From contig CAVULX010000003.1 in assembly GCA_963742415.1 (NCBI GenBank), positions 576,001-640,000 of the forward strand: a DNA stretch of 64,000 nt. Direction: 5' to 3'. How positions within the stretch are numbered: position 1 is the first letter of the stretch; every line of letters begins with the position of its first letter. Below, piece after piece: positions 48,777 through 58,524 of the stretch. The notes beneath the pieces are model-generated. The model was not told the DNA's origin and ran no database searches. It saw nothing but the letters and a program-made list of their open reading frames with translations. Both the position numbers and the translations under genes were made by a program. This stretch comes from an uncultured Parachlamydiaceae bacterium (lineage in GTDB: Bacteria > Chlamydiota > Chlamydiia > Chlamydiales > Parachlamydiaceae).

Positions 48777-49315
48777 TTAAAGTAAGGAACCTCTTTAAGT
48801 GATTTTCCTGCACGATCCTTAGAAGATAAAAGCGGCTGTTTCAAAGGCCAGTCGATAGCCAAATCAGGGTCATCCCACCTTAGGCAATATTCTGAATTGG
48901 GATCGTAAAAATCTGTCGCCTTATATAAGACTTCCGCATTATCTGTAAGAGCGAGAAAACCGTGGGCAAACCCAGGGGGGATCCAAAGCATCGAATGGTT
49001 CATGGCTGAAAGGGGGACACCTACCCACTGTCCAAAAGTTGGAGATGTTTTTCGGAGGTCGACAGCGACATCAAAGACTTCGCCGGCGACGACACGGACT
49101 AATTTTCCTTGAGGCTGTTGTAATTGATAATGCAAACCCCGCAAGACGTTTTTGACAGAGCGGGAGTGATTATCTTGGACGAAATTTTGTTTAATCCCTG
49201 CTTCTTGTAAGAGGAGTTTTTGATTATAGCTTTCAAAAAAAAAACCCCGGTCATCTTCATAAATTTTGGGTTGCAAAATTTTGACATCCTTTATCGCAGT
49301 GGGTATGACTTTCAT
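48773..49315 (-). CDS. rfbC: dTDP-4-dehydrorhamnose 3,5-epimerase
   Basis: DDRGFF, QDNHS, RGLHYQ and GFAHGF motifs. Confidence 0.97.
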   Translation of the reverse strand: MKVIPTAIKDVKILQPKIYEDDRGFFFESYNQKLLLQEAGIKQNFVQDNHSRSVKNVLRGLHYQLQQPQGKLVRVVAGEVFDVAVDLRKTSPTFGQWVGVPLSAMNHSMLWIPPGFAHGFLALTDNAEVLYKATDFYDPNSEYCLRWDDPDLAIDWPLKQPLLSSKDRAGKSLKEVPYFK

Positions 49316-49320
49316 AAATT

Positions 49321-50376
49321 TTAACTATAGTGTTTTGCCATCCAAAGGCGGTAGTTTTCGTTAGTTGCACTCTCTAGCCACGCTTGGTTTTCTAAATACC
49401 AGCGGACAGTTTCGCGCAGAGCTTGTTCAAAGGGATGCCGAGAATGCCATTCAAGCTCCCGTTTGATTTTGCTGCTATCAAGATCGTAGCGTCTATCATG
49501 TCCTGGGCGATCTTTGATGTGTTGGATTAGCTGCGCGTGTGGACGAAAAGGGGATTCTGGTTTTAGCTTATCTAAAAGAGCGCAAAGTAAATGGATAAGC
49601 TCCAAATTCGTCATCCCTTTTTCACTTCCGATATTGTAACTTTCACCTGGCTTACCCTTATTCAAAACAACTTCAAGCGCTTCACAATGATCTTTCACAT
49701 AGATCCAATTTCGGATTTGTTTACCGTCTCCATAGACCGGTAAAGCTTGACCTCGCAGGGCTTGAACAATCATCAGAGGAATTAATTTTTCCGGAAACTG
49801 GTAAGGGCCAAAATTATTAGAACAGTGGGTTGTTATCGAAGGGAATTTGTATGTATGGAAATAAGAGCGGACAAAGTGGTCAAAAGAGGCTTTAGAAGCT
49901 GCATATGGGCTATTAGGAAAAAAAGGGCTCCCTTCGGTGGAAGGGGGTGAGCCTAAGGCCAAAGAGCCAAACACTTCGTCTGTAGAGACATTCAGGAAAC
50001 GGAAAAAATTTTGCTCGGCCGAGGGTAATTTTTTCCAATACGAATAAGTTTCCTGAAGTAAAGCAAAGCTGCCATCGACATTCGTAAATAAAAAGTTTTC
50101 AGGCTTATCAATGGAGCGATCGACGTGAGTTTCGGCAGCAAAATGAACGATGGCACGGGGTTGATACTTATGGAGAAGTTCATGAACTAAAGCGCGATCG
50201 GCGATATCCCCCTCAACAAAGATATGGCGGGAATTTCCCTCCAAGGCGGCGAGATTGTTTCGATTTCCTGCATAGGTGAGTTTGTCTAAATTGACAAGGG
50301 GGATATTTTTTGACTGGATCCAATTTAAAACAAAATTTGAACCAATGAAGCCAGCTCCGCCGGTGACTAAAAGCAT
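49321..50376 (-). CDS. rfbB: dTDP-glucose 4,6-dehydratase
   Basis: TGGAGFIG, DKLTYAG, AAETHVDRSI, STDEV and DRPGHDRRY motifs. Confidence 0.97.
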   Translation of the reverse strand: MLLVTGGAGFIGSNFVLNWIQSKNIPLVNLDKLTYAGNRNNLAALEGNSRHIFVEGDIADRALVHELLHKYQPRAIVHFAAETHVDRSIDKPENFLFTNVDGSFALLQETYSYWKKLPSAEQNFFRFLNVSTDEVFGSLALGSPPSTEGSPFFPNSPYAASKASFDHFVRSYFHTYKFPSITTHCSNNFGPYQFPEKLIPLMIVQALRGQALPVYGDGKQIRNWIYVKDHCEALEVVLNKGKPGESYNIGSEKGMTNLELIHLLCALLDKLKPESPFRPHAQLIQHIKDRPGHDRRYDLDSSKIKRELEWHSRHPFEQALRETVRWYLENQAWLESATNENYRLWMAKHYS

Positions 50377-50411
50377 ATTTTTATCATATTTATAAATTTT
50401 ATAAGCAGCTT

Positions 50412-51662
50412 CTAAACGGTTGATTCGGGCGGCGGTGGTTTGATAGTGCTTTCAGGAATATCCGGAAGGGGTGGAATCGTCTTTAGAACCGTTTCTAATG
50501 TTTCAAATTCGGCCAGAACTTGCTTGATCGCATCGATAATAATTGGAGCATCTTGATGTTTCGATAGCTTTTCTGTATTGAATAGATCGAGCAATTCTCT
50601 GAAAGGTTGGGTCAGCAAACTGATCCGTGTCCCTTTATTTTGCCGGAAAGTCTCTTTGGCAATCTCGTGCAATTGGGTCACAAGGATTAAATAGGTGTCT
50701 TTGAGTTCCAAATAAGTCACATCAATTTCCTGTGGTATTGTCTTAGCCACTTCCACGAGAGTTAACGTCGCTTTCATGTCGATATCGGGTATTTTCTTTT
50801 TTTGTCCCAACTTAGCGCAAGTGCCCAGAAAATAAAGGGGATATCCGGCCAGGCTAATATCTAACTTAGCTGCATGCACGGCTACTTTTCCTAAGGTGGT
50901 GATGACCGTGCTGCAAATAGGCTCAAGATTCATTTCCAGAGCTTTTTCATTGATCAATTGGATCCGCTGGAAAAAATAAGAAAGGGTGAAGCTGATTTTA
51001 TCGGAGATCCCCATTTTTTCCGATTGGCTATCTATTTCGTGATGGCTGATGCTTTTTGAAGCTTCCAGAAAATTTTTGCAAGTGATCTGCAATTCTTGCA
51101 GAACATCGTTGCATAAGGAGATGTTAGAGCGGTAGATCGCTTTAATTGCAGATTCGGTCAGGGCGTCGATCCAGTCACATAAATCGCTTTCACGTTCATC
51201 TTGGATGCTTTTGCGAGCAGCATGGGTAAATAACCGCACGACGGCAAAAGGATTTAAATAGTTGAAGGTCTTTTTAAAGGCATGGGAAAAGAGATCAAGA
51301 GAGATTCCAAATAAAATGATCCAAACTGCAAACAGATCCGCTTTATTGCCGATGTTGAAGAAAGCTGAGCCGGAAACCATAATCAACGTGACAAGAGGGA
51401 ACAATGAAAAAAACAGATGCGTTAACTTTAAACCCCGATCTTGTCTGTATAAAGAGATGACTCGAGGAGTGAAATTTTTTTCTGCTTTTTGCAATTGCAT
51501 CATTGTGCAGCACTCAAGAAAATAGTGAAAAAGCAATAAAGCAAAAGAGATAGCCACAATGAGAAAAGCCCCTCGGCCCCAATTCAAAGCTACTATTTCT
51601 TGAGGAAGGGGCAGAAAAACCACTGCAACCGCAAAGATGATGGAAATAATCGTACAAATCAT
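50412..51662 (-). CDS. Hypothetical membrane protein (4 TM plus helical domain)
   Basis: 416-aa ORF with N-terminal hydrophobic helices. Confidence 0.75.
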   Translation of the reverse strand: MICTIISIIFAVAVVFLPLPQEIVALNWGRGAFLIVAISFALLLFHYFLECCTMMQLQKAEKNFTPRVISLYRQDRGLKLTHLFFSLFPLVTLIMVSGSAFFNIGNKADLFAVWIILFGISLDLFSHAFKKTFNYLNPFAVVRLFTHAARKSIQDERESDLCDWIDALTESAIKAIYRSNISLCNDVLQELQITCKNFLEASKSISHHEIDSQSEKMGISDKISFTLSYFFQRIQLINEKALEMNLEPICSTVITTLGKVAVHAAKLDISLAGYPLYFLGTCAKLGQKKKIPDIDMKATLTLVEVAKTIPQEIDVTYLELKDTYLILVTQLHEIAKETFRQNKGTRISLLTQPFRELLDLFNTEKLSKHQDAPIIIDAIKQVLAEFETLETVLKTIPPLPDIPESTIKPPPPESTV

Positions 51663-51694
51663 GAAGTCTCCTCTTTCCTATTTTGCAATCGATC

Positions 51695-52414
51695 TTATGC
51701 TTTGGGTACATACCCATAGTAGAGTGCAAGGCTGTACATTTTAAAAAAAAGATCGGGGCTTAATTCCTGTTTTAAGATTTGCCATGTAATCACACGCTTT
51801 GGAGGCCCTTTGGAATTGGCTTGTTTAGGGACAGTATTAAGAATTTTTTTATCAAAATTTAGACCAAGCCTCCTAGCCATTTCTTTATATTCACTATCAA
51901 AATCTTCGATTCTATAGGTCCATTCTGCTTTGGATTCAGCCATTAAGTTCCAGTAATACCAATATTTAGCGCATTTGGTCAATTTAGAATCTTCCATTTT
52001 TATTTCAGGTATCACATAGCTAATCCATTCCCATGTGGCGCCGGGAGGGACGTTATAATAAGATTGGATCACTTTCAAAGGATCGCGAACCTGATGGAAT
52101 ACATGGGAAAAAGTATAATTTTTATAGAGGGGGCCCCAAGGGGCTTTTTCAACATCGGCGGCCATGAGCCAAGAAACAGAGCCATCTTCCCCCATATGTT
52201 CATGCTTGATGCGGAGTCCCGATCGCTTAAGAAATAGTGCCATATAGCCAGTTCCACTCCGTCCACAACCCGTGATAAGCACAGAACGGTGTGTTTTTTT
52301 TCTAATGGGCTCAAGAGCTTTTGTTGCAGAATTTTCAATAGTTTCTCCGCCGATAATGGGATCATGGGAAAAAAGAGAGAGAAACAAAAACAAGGAAAGC
52401 ACGATTCGAGACAT
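51695..52414 (-). CDS. Sulfotransferase-like P-loop protein with signal peptide
   Basis: ITGCGRSGT, HE, VRDP..S and YRIED motifs. Confidence 0.75.
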   Translation of the reverse strand: MSRIVLSLFLFLSLFSHDPIIGGETIENSATKALEPIRKKTHRSVLITGCGRSGTGYMALFLKRSGLRIKHEHMGEDGSVSWLMAADVEKAPWGPLYKNYTFSHVFHQVRDPLKVIQSYYNVPPGATWEWISYVIPEIKMEDSKLTKCAKYWYYWNLMAESKAEWTYRIEDFDSEYKEMARRLGLNFDKKILNTVPKQANSKGPPKRVITWQILKQELSPDLFFKMYSLALYYGYVPKA

Positions 52415-52480
52415 GACTCCTCCGGATTAATAACTCATTTTTATTTTTATTATTTTATTTTTGCAAGCCTTGAAGACATT

Positions 52481-53683
52481 CTAAGTTACAAAAAACCCGT
52501 CGTTTTCCATCTCTTGTATTTTTGCAAGAGTTTTGACCATTTTGCGCCAACGGCCTTGCTTTTCCTCTTTCTCTTTCTTTGCATACTCCCTTAGCTTTTC
52601 AAATACTTTTTCGTTTGTGGTATCTAATGGAATATATGGGATTTTCGATTGAAAGCGGAAGTAATCTTCTGGATGTTCTCCGTATAGATTCAACATCAAT
52701 TCTTCAATTTCTTCTTCTCTCGCATTGAAAAAAAGCTCCAAGATGTCTGGAGCCCAAGTAAGTGTACCCCATCCATAGGCATTGTCATCATATTTCCCTT
52801 CGTCAAAACAGGTCAGTGTGATCCCTGTGCCAAACGAACAGGTGATATAATTGGAATTAGGATATTCTTGCTTAGCATAAAAATAGGTTTGCATAGAAGG
52901 ATTGTTGGCTGTCACTCCCCCATCGACATAGCCGCAGTTCTTCCACTCCATCGGTTTAAAATAGGTGGGAGCAGACACTGTCATTTCGACTAATGCATTC
53001 ATAGAAAGAGAAGAATATTGGTCGCTGCGGCAAAGCTTTCGAGTAAACAATTTTGTTGAGATGCCGCTGTTTAATTGATAAACCGGCACTAAGAAATCCT
53101 TATAAGAATCCTTGGCAAACTGATCGTGAAAAAAATCTTTGCAGAATTTCTGCAAGGGACCCCGATCATATAAAGGTTTATTAGCGGTCCAAGATTTTAC
53201 ACTCTGCCAATAAGAATAAGGAAAAATCGACGCGGCAAATTTTGGAATTAACTCATTAATATCTTTAACCGTGTGTCTTAGATGTCCTGCCGAATCGGTC
53301 GCATTCAGTCCCAACGCTACAATCGCGCCTGCAGAGGTGCCGCCAAAAACCTTGAAGACATGGGCAAGTTTTAAATCCTTTTGATCTGTTTCTTTAGCTA
53401 ATTCATCCTCCAAAAACCCCAGAAGTTCTAAAGGATAGACAATCCGGGTTCCCCCTCCATCCAAACACAAAATGGGCACCGAGGGTTTTTTGTTATACCG
53501 CATGGCATCAAAGGGATCTTCTTCAACCATCTCAAAAGTTGAGAGTGAAAGCTCTTCATATTTTCTCCCGTTGAATTCGGACGTCGGCGTGGGAGTTGCA
53601 GCTTCACTCGTTTTAGCTAAATGAGGGATGAGTATAAATCCTTCCTCTGTTTCTTTAAAAGTTGTAATCTCTGTGGGTAACAT
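52481..53683 (-). CDS. Patatin-like phospholipase
   Basis: DGGGTR, GTSAG, SAPTYF and DGGVTANNP motifs. Confidence 0.93.
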   Translation of the reverse strand: MLPTEITTFKETEEGFILIPHLAKTSEAATPTPTSEFNGRKYEELSLSTFEMVEEDPFDAMRYNKKPSVPILCLDGGGTRIVYPLELLGFLEDELAKETDQKDLKLAHVFKVFGGTSAGAIVALGLNATDSAGHLRHTVKDINELIPKFAASIFPYSYWQSVKSWTANKPLYDRGPLQKFCKDFFHDQFAKDSYKDFLVPVYQLNSGISTKLFTRKLCRSDQYSSLSMNALVEMTVSAPTYFKPMEWKNCGYVDGGVTANNPSMQTYFYAKQEYPNSNYITCSFGTGITLTCFDEGKYDDNAYGWGTLTWAPDILELFFNAREEEIEELMLNLYGEHPEDYFRFQSKIPYIPLDTTNEKVFEKLREYAKKEKEEKQGRWRKMVKTLAKIQEMENDGFFVT

Positions 53684-53951
53684 AGGATGACCCCTTTATA
53701 TTTTTTTAATAGATATATAAACTAAAGAAGACTAGTAGATATTTGTAATTTTACATTAAAAAAATATTTATAGCTTAAAGTTTTTAAAAACCCTCTAAGA
53801 GGCTCTTTCTCAAAGGGGAATGTGAAATGAATTATTAAACGTTCTTAAGATCTTTGAAAAATCCCTTGCTTGATAACTGATAAATATTGGAAAATGACAT
53901 ATATTTTGATTTGGTTTTTTTGCTTTTAAACAAAAAATTTTACACTCAAGA

Positions 53952-54596
53952 ATGAAGGAAAATATCTTAAAATCTCTCCAAGATGCCATCGCAGCTTCCA
54001 ATCAGTTGATTCTGCCCGAAGCTGTCGCTTTCATCGATGGGACGTCTCGCCTGTTAGCCCATGCTTTTGAATCAGGGAATAAAGTGATTATAGCAGGCAA
54101 TGGGGGAAGTTTATGCGATGCAGGGCATTTCGCCGAAGAGTTAACAGGAAACTTTCGGCACTACAGACAAGCGTTGCCAGCTATCGCATTGACCGATCCT
54201 GGCCATATCACCTGTGTGGCAAATGATATGGGGTTTGAGTGGATATTTTCTCGGGGGGTGGAAGCCTACGGAAAACCTAATGATGTTTTTATTGGATTGT
54301 CTACTAGTGGAAATTCCCTTAATATCATTCATGCTTTTAAGCTGGCAAAAAAACTCGGGTTAAAAACGGTTGCTTTCCTTGGCAAAGGAGGGGGAAAGCT
54401 CAAAGGGGTCGCTGATTTCGAACTTTGCATCAATGGGTTTGAGACATCGGACCGGGTTCAAGAAGCTCACATGACGGCTATTCACATCATTATAGAAACG
54501 GTCGAACGGCTCCTTTTTCCGGAACAGGATTTACACTCCAGTAATTTTAAAAAGTGGCAGATGGGTCTGCTCGATGAAGTTCCTGCGGTTGAATGA
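53952..54596 (+). CDS. gmhA: Phosphoheptose isomerase
   Basis: GNGGS, STSGNS and DRVQEAH motifs. Confidence 0.95.
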   Translation: MKENILKSLQDAIAASNQLILPEAVAFIDGTSRLLAHAFESGNKVIIAGNGGSLCDAGHFAEELTGNFRHYRQALPAIALTDPGHITCVANDMGFEWIFSRGVEAYGKPNDVFIGLSTSGNSLNIIHAFKLAKKLGLKTVAFLGKGGGKLKGVADFELCINGFETSDRVQEAHMTAIHIIIETVERLLFPEQDLHSSNFKKWQMGLLDEVPAVE

Positions 54597-54656
54597 TTCA
54601 ATAAACAACTCGTTTTAATTTGCAGTCGTCACCTATCCTTCAGAAGGAAATGATTT

Positions 54657-55769
54657 GTGTTACAACATATCGAATTATATTTTTTGGATTTAATCAAAGG
54701 AAAACGGAAAGGGATCTTGCCCTTTTTTCTGAAAGGGATCCTGCTTATTTTGAGCTGGATTTATAGCTTTTTTGTAGCGTGCCGGAATTGGTTATTTGAT
54801 CATGAGTGGGTCCGACGGTATACGCCCCCCGTTCCTGTCGTGATCAGCATCGGCAACATAGTGGCTGGTGGAACAGGCAAAACGCCTGTCACCCTGATGG
54901 TAGCTAAAGAGTTTTATAATGATGTTTCTTTAGCCATCCTTTCCCGCGGTTACCGGTCCAAATCTGAAAAAATGGCGGCTCCCGTCATATTGAGCCGAGG
55001 GCAAGGCCCCATGCACCCTGCGAGCTTCTGCGGCGATGAGCCCTTTATGCTTGCCCAAAATCTACCTAAAGCTTTCGTTTTTGTCGGCAAAGACCGGCAC
55101 AAAACTTCCCATATGGCTGCTAAGGCAGGTGTTCAGCTTATCCTTTTAGATGATGGAATGCAGCATCGTCGGCTTGCTCGCGATTTTGACGTGGTTGTCA
55201 TGGACGCTTGCGATCCCTTTGGTCAAGGGTACTTTCTTCCTCGCGGATTTTTGCGCGAGAGTTTAAAATCCCTTGGGCGTGCCGATTTAATCATATTAAA
55301 CCACGTGCACAATCATGAAAGCTACCGTTCTGCATGCCAAAAAATCGCGCGGTATACGAGTGCGCCTGTCATTGCCACAAAGATAGACGTGGAAAACATC
55401 CTCGATTTCAAAGGGGAGCCGGTGGCTGCCCTTGCTGGAAGGCGTGTGGCCATTTTTTGCGGGATTGCCAATCCCGATTATTTTGGAGATACAATTCAAA
55501 ATTTGGGCGCTCAGATTGTGTCTAAACATTTTGTTCCCGATCATAAAGATTTTGATCCTGAAGCTTTAGCAGATTTTGGAAAACAGAGCGCCGAATTGGG
55601 GGCTGAGTTTTTGGTTTGCACAGAAAAGGATCGAGTTAAGCTCGTGGATTCTTTGGAGCTTGCCTTACCGATAGCTTGGGTAAAAACCAAGCTGACTTTT
55701 GTCGAAGGCAAGTCTTCTTGGGACTCATTTATCCAAAGGGCCAAAGCTGATCTAGCTCGACGATTATAG
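54657..55769 (+). CDS. lpxK: Tetraacyldisaccharide 4'-kinase
   Basis: GNIVAGGTGKTP, SRGY, GDEP, DDGMQH, PDH and TEKD motifs. Confidence 0.96.
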   Translation: MLQHIELYFLDLIKGKRKGILPFFLKGILLILSWIYSFFVACRNWLFDHEWVRRYTPPVPVVISIGNIVAGGTGKTPVTLMVAKEFYNDVSLAILSRGYRSKSEKMAAPVILSRGQGPMHPASFCGDEPFMLAQNLPKAFVFVGKDRHKTSHMAAKAGVQLILLDDGMQHRRLARDFDVVVMDACDPFGQGYFLPRGFLRESLKSLGRADLIILNHVHNHESYRSACQKIARYTSAPVIATKIDVENILDFKGEPVAALAGRRVAIFCGIANPDYFGDTIQNLGAQIVSKHFVPDHKDFDPEALADFGKQSAELGAEFLVCTEKDRVKLVDSLELALPIAWVKTKLTFVEGKSSWDSFIQRAKADLARRL

Positions 55770-55920
55770 TATTCATAGGATAAAATATTTATAATTTGTA
55801 AAGCGTTTAACCGAAAACCGGCAGCGCCATGTTTTTGGTTGTTTAATTTAGATTATTTGTTTAATACCTTATTGAAGGTTCTCTCTTTAAGGTAACGGCA
55901 AGCGGCGGGAGAAATACGCG

Positions 55921-57153
55921 ATGAAGTTGTGGGTTAAAATACTAATAGCTCTTCTATTAGGTGTCATTACGGGGATTGCTCTGGGACCGCGCGCGGAATT
56001 TTTGAAGCCGGTCGGGACCATTTTCCTGAGTTTAATTAGCATGATCATCGTCCCCCTCGTCCTTTCTTCAATGACGGTCGGAATCACCAGCATTCATGAT
56101 CCTCAAAAGTTAGGACGGATCGGCCTTAAGACTTTGATGCTTTATATCTTAACTACGATGATTGCCATCGCGATCGGAATTTTCTTTGGAAAAGTTTTTC
56201 AAACAGGTTCAGGGCTGAATCTCCATATGACGGGGGAACTGACAATAGGGGAAACGCCAACGGTCTCCCAAATGATCTTGTCCATTATCCCAAAAAATCC
56301 TGTTCTATCCCTGGCCGAGGGGAATGTGCTGCAAATTATTGTCTTTGCCCTTTTTTTAGGCATTTCGATCAATTTCGCTGGGGAAAAAGGGAAGCCCCTT
56401 TTGGAGTTCCTTGAGTCTTTAGCCGATGTGATGTACCGTCTCACCTCCATAGTCATGGAATTTTCCCCCATTGGGGTTTTTGCTATTATGGCTTCGGTGA
56501 CAGGATCCTTCGGTTTGTCCATTTTATTGCCGCTGGTTAAATTTTTGACGACTTATTATGCAGCTTGCGCTCTTCACATTGCCCTGATTTTCTGCGGCAT
56601 CCTTTGGGGGCTGGCAAAATTGAACCCATGGCATTTTTTCCGGGGCATGAGTGATGCGATCATGGTGGCTTTTTCCACCTGCAGCAGCTCGGCGACGCTG
56701 CCTGTTTCCATGCACTGTGCCCAAAAAAATCTAGGCGTGTCCAAAAATATTACCAGCTTCGTTTTACCTTTAGGATCTACCATCAATATGAACGGGGCTG
56801 CCATCTTTCAAGGGATGAGCGCCATCTTTATCTCCCAGGCCTATGGGATCAACCTTGACTGGCAAGCCCTATTGACGATCGTGTTGACGGCGACCCTTTC
56901 AGCTATTGGAGCGGCCGGCATTCCTGGCACAGGCTTCATTATGCTTTCGGTGGTTTTTTCTTCGGTAGGTTTGCCCATTGAAGGGCTGGCTCTTTTGGCA
57001 GGGATCGATCGGATGAGGGAAATGGTTTCAACGGTTCTGAATATTCTTGGCGATGCGGTCGTAGCCGTTTATATTGCCAAGCAGGAAGGGGAACTCGACG
57101 AACAGCAATATAATCATGAAGAGCTTGTCGAGCTCGAAGGGTCGGATGTTTAG
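55921..57153 (+). CDS. Dicarboxylate/amino acid:cation symporter (GltT/GltP-like)
   Basis: FSTCSSSATLP, PLGSTINMNG and GIDR motifs. Confidence 0.93.
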   Translation: MKLWVKILIALLLGVITGIALGPRAEFLKPVGTIFLSLISMIIVPLVLSSMTVGITSIHDPQKLGRIGLKTLMLYILTTMIAIAIGIFFGKVFQTGSGLNLHMTGELTIGETPTVSQMILSIIPKNPVLSLAEGNVLQIIVFALFLGISINFAGEKGKPLLEFLESLADVMYRLTSIVMEFSPIGVFAIMASVTGSFGLSILLPLVKFLTTYYAACALHIALIFCGILWGLAKLNPWHFFRGMSDAIMVAFSTCSSSATLPVSMHCAQKNLGVSKNITSFVLPLGSTINMNGAAIFQGMSAIFISQAYGINLDWQALLTIVLTATLSAIGAAGIPGTGFIMLSVVFSSVGLPIEGLALLAGIDRMREMVSTVLNILGDAVVAVYIAKQEGELDEQQYNHEELVELEGSDV

Positions 57154-57161
57154 AGGGTTAC

Positions 57162-58007
57162 TTAATTTTCGTTATTATTATCTTTTTCTTTTTCTGCTTC
57201 TATTACTTTTCGTTTTATTAAAATCGGGTTGACATCTTTATGAATAGATAAACCGTAAGGGCCTACATTTTTTCCCGTGAGTTTGTGTCTTAGATAATCA
57301 ATCCCATGCCGAATAACATATCCAAATGCAAAAGGATTGTTCTCAAGCTGAAAATGTGTCCTTTTTTTTCCGTCTGTTGTCCGTCGAAAATATAAAAGGG
57401 CTTTAAAAAAAGTGCCTCGAACTTGATATTGATCGAGTATGTCATCAGAAGAATGGGAAGATTTTCGAGATTTTTTACTAATATTATTATCTTTTGTCCA
57501 TAAGTCGTACGATTCTCCATCATCATCTAAGCTAAACTGTCCCCCTTTCAAAAATTCTGCCCATTGTTTTTTAGTAATGTCAAAATTTGCCTCTAAATAA
57601 TTCAGGATTATGCTTTCGCTATGAGAACAGTAGAACAATCCTGTAAACAATTCTTTAAACTCAATCTTCTTTTCTTTAAATTTATCAAAGGTACATAACA
57701 AAGTAACAGAGACCTTATTTGCTAGGGTGTCAATATTGCGGTGATCATCAAGACTAGGTTTGTGAAGTCTATTTTTGATCGATTCTTGCACGCAAAGGAA
57801 AAATTCATGCACGACGAAAAAAGTTGCCGAAATGGCCACTACTGCAGCACCCGCTAAGAAAGTTAACACCACATAAGAGCGTCCATTTGAAGTTCCCTTT
57901 TGTGGAATTTGTTTTTTATCCTGGGAACTTCCTTCGTTCGTGGCATTGGTTTCTTTATTATAAGAATCCGATGCTGGTAACTTATTGATAGTATGGTTAT
58001 TATTCAT
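57162..58007 (-). CDS. Hypothetical protein with one TM helix, candidate effector
   Basis: 281 aa, Asn/Ser-rich N-terminus, hydrophobic helix, C-terminal SSH...THFQLE...HGIDY...NVGPYG. Confidence 0.7.
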   Translation of the reverse strand: MNNNHTINKLPASDSYNKETNATNEGSSQDKKQIPQKGTSNGRSYVVLTFLAGAAVVAISATFFVVHEFFLCVQESIKNRLHKPSLDDHRNIDTLANKVSVTLLCTFDKFKEKKIEFKELFTGLFYCSHSESIILNYLEANFDITKKQWAEFLKGGQFSLDDDGESYDLWTKDNNISKKSRKSSHSSDDILDQYQVRGTFFKALLYFRRTTDGKKRTHFQLENNPFAFGYVIRHGIDYLRHKLTGKNVGPYGLSIHKDVNPILIKRKVIEAEKEKDNNNEN

Positions 58008-58198
58008 AAAAATAATTTTTCTGTTTTTTCTACTTATTATATCAGAATTTTTATTTTATATCTACATTTATTTAATAAAAAATATAACCAAACATTTTAA
58101 AGAAAAATTAAAGAATAGGATAATTTTTAACAAATCGTGCATTGTTTAAAGTAACACAGGATGAACAGGCATATGCATCAGGCTAATCAAAATGCTCT

Positions 58199-58521
58199 TA
58201 GATCAGGCCTTTTTCAACAGGATAAGCATGATCGTAAACGGCAGGATAGGGCAGGATATTGAATAAAAAGGTTCAGGATGTGGGAATATAATTAACGTAA
58301 GTAGCAAATAATTAAATTTATTGTCTCTCTGTGATCTCTGTGAACTCTGTGGTTGAATTTTAATAAACCACAGAGATCACAGAGAACACAGAGGTTTTTA
58401 AACTTGATTATACTCAGTAATTTTCAACTTACATTAATTAAGTTTAAATAATTTTTTCATTTATCCTGCCTTATCCTGCCGCTTACGATCATGCTTATCC
58501 TGTTGAAAAAAGCCTGATCTA
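58199..58521. repeat. Palindromic element, CAGGATAAG family, copy 5, with nested CACAGAG element
   Basis: Outer arms 58199-58258 / 58462-58521; inner inverted repeat 58327-58393 of 9-bp units. Confidence 0.92.
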
Positions 58522-58524
58522 TTC

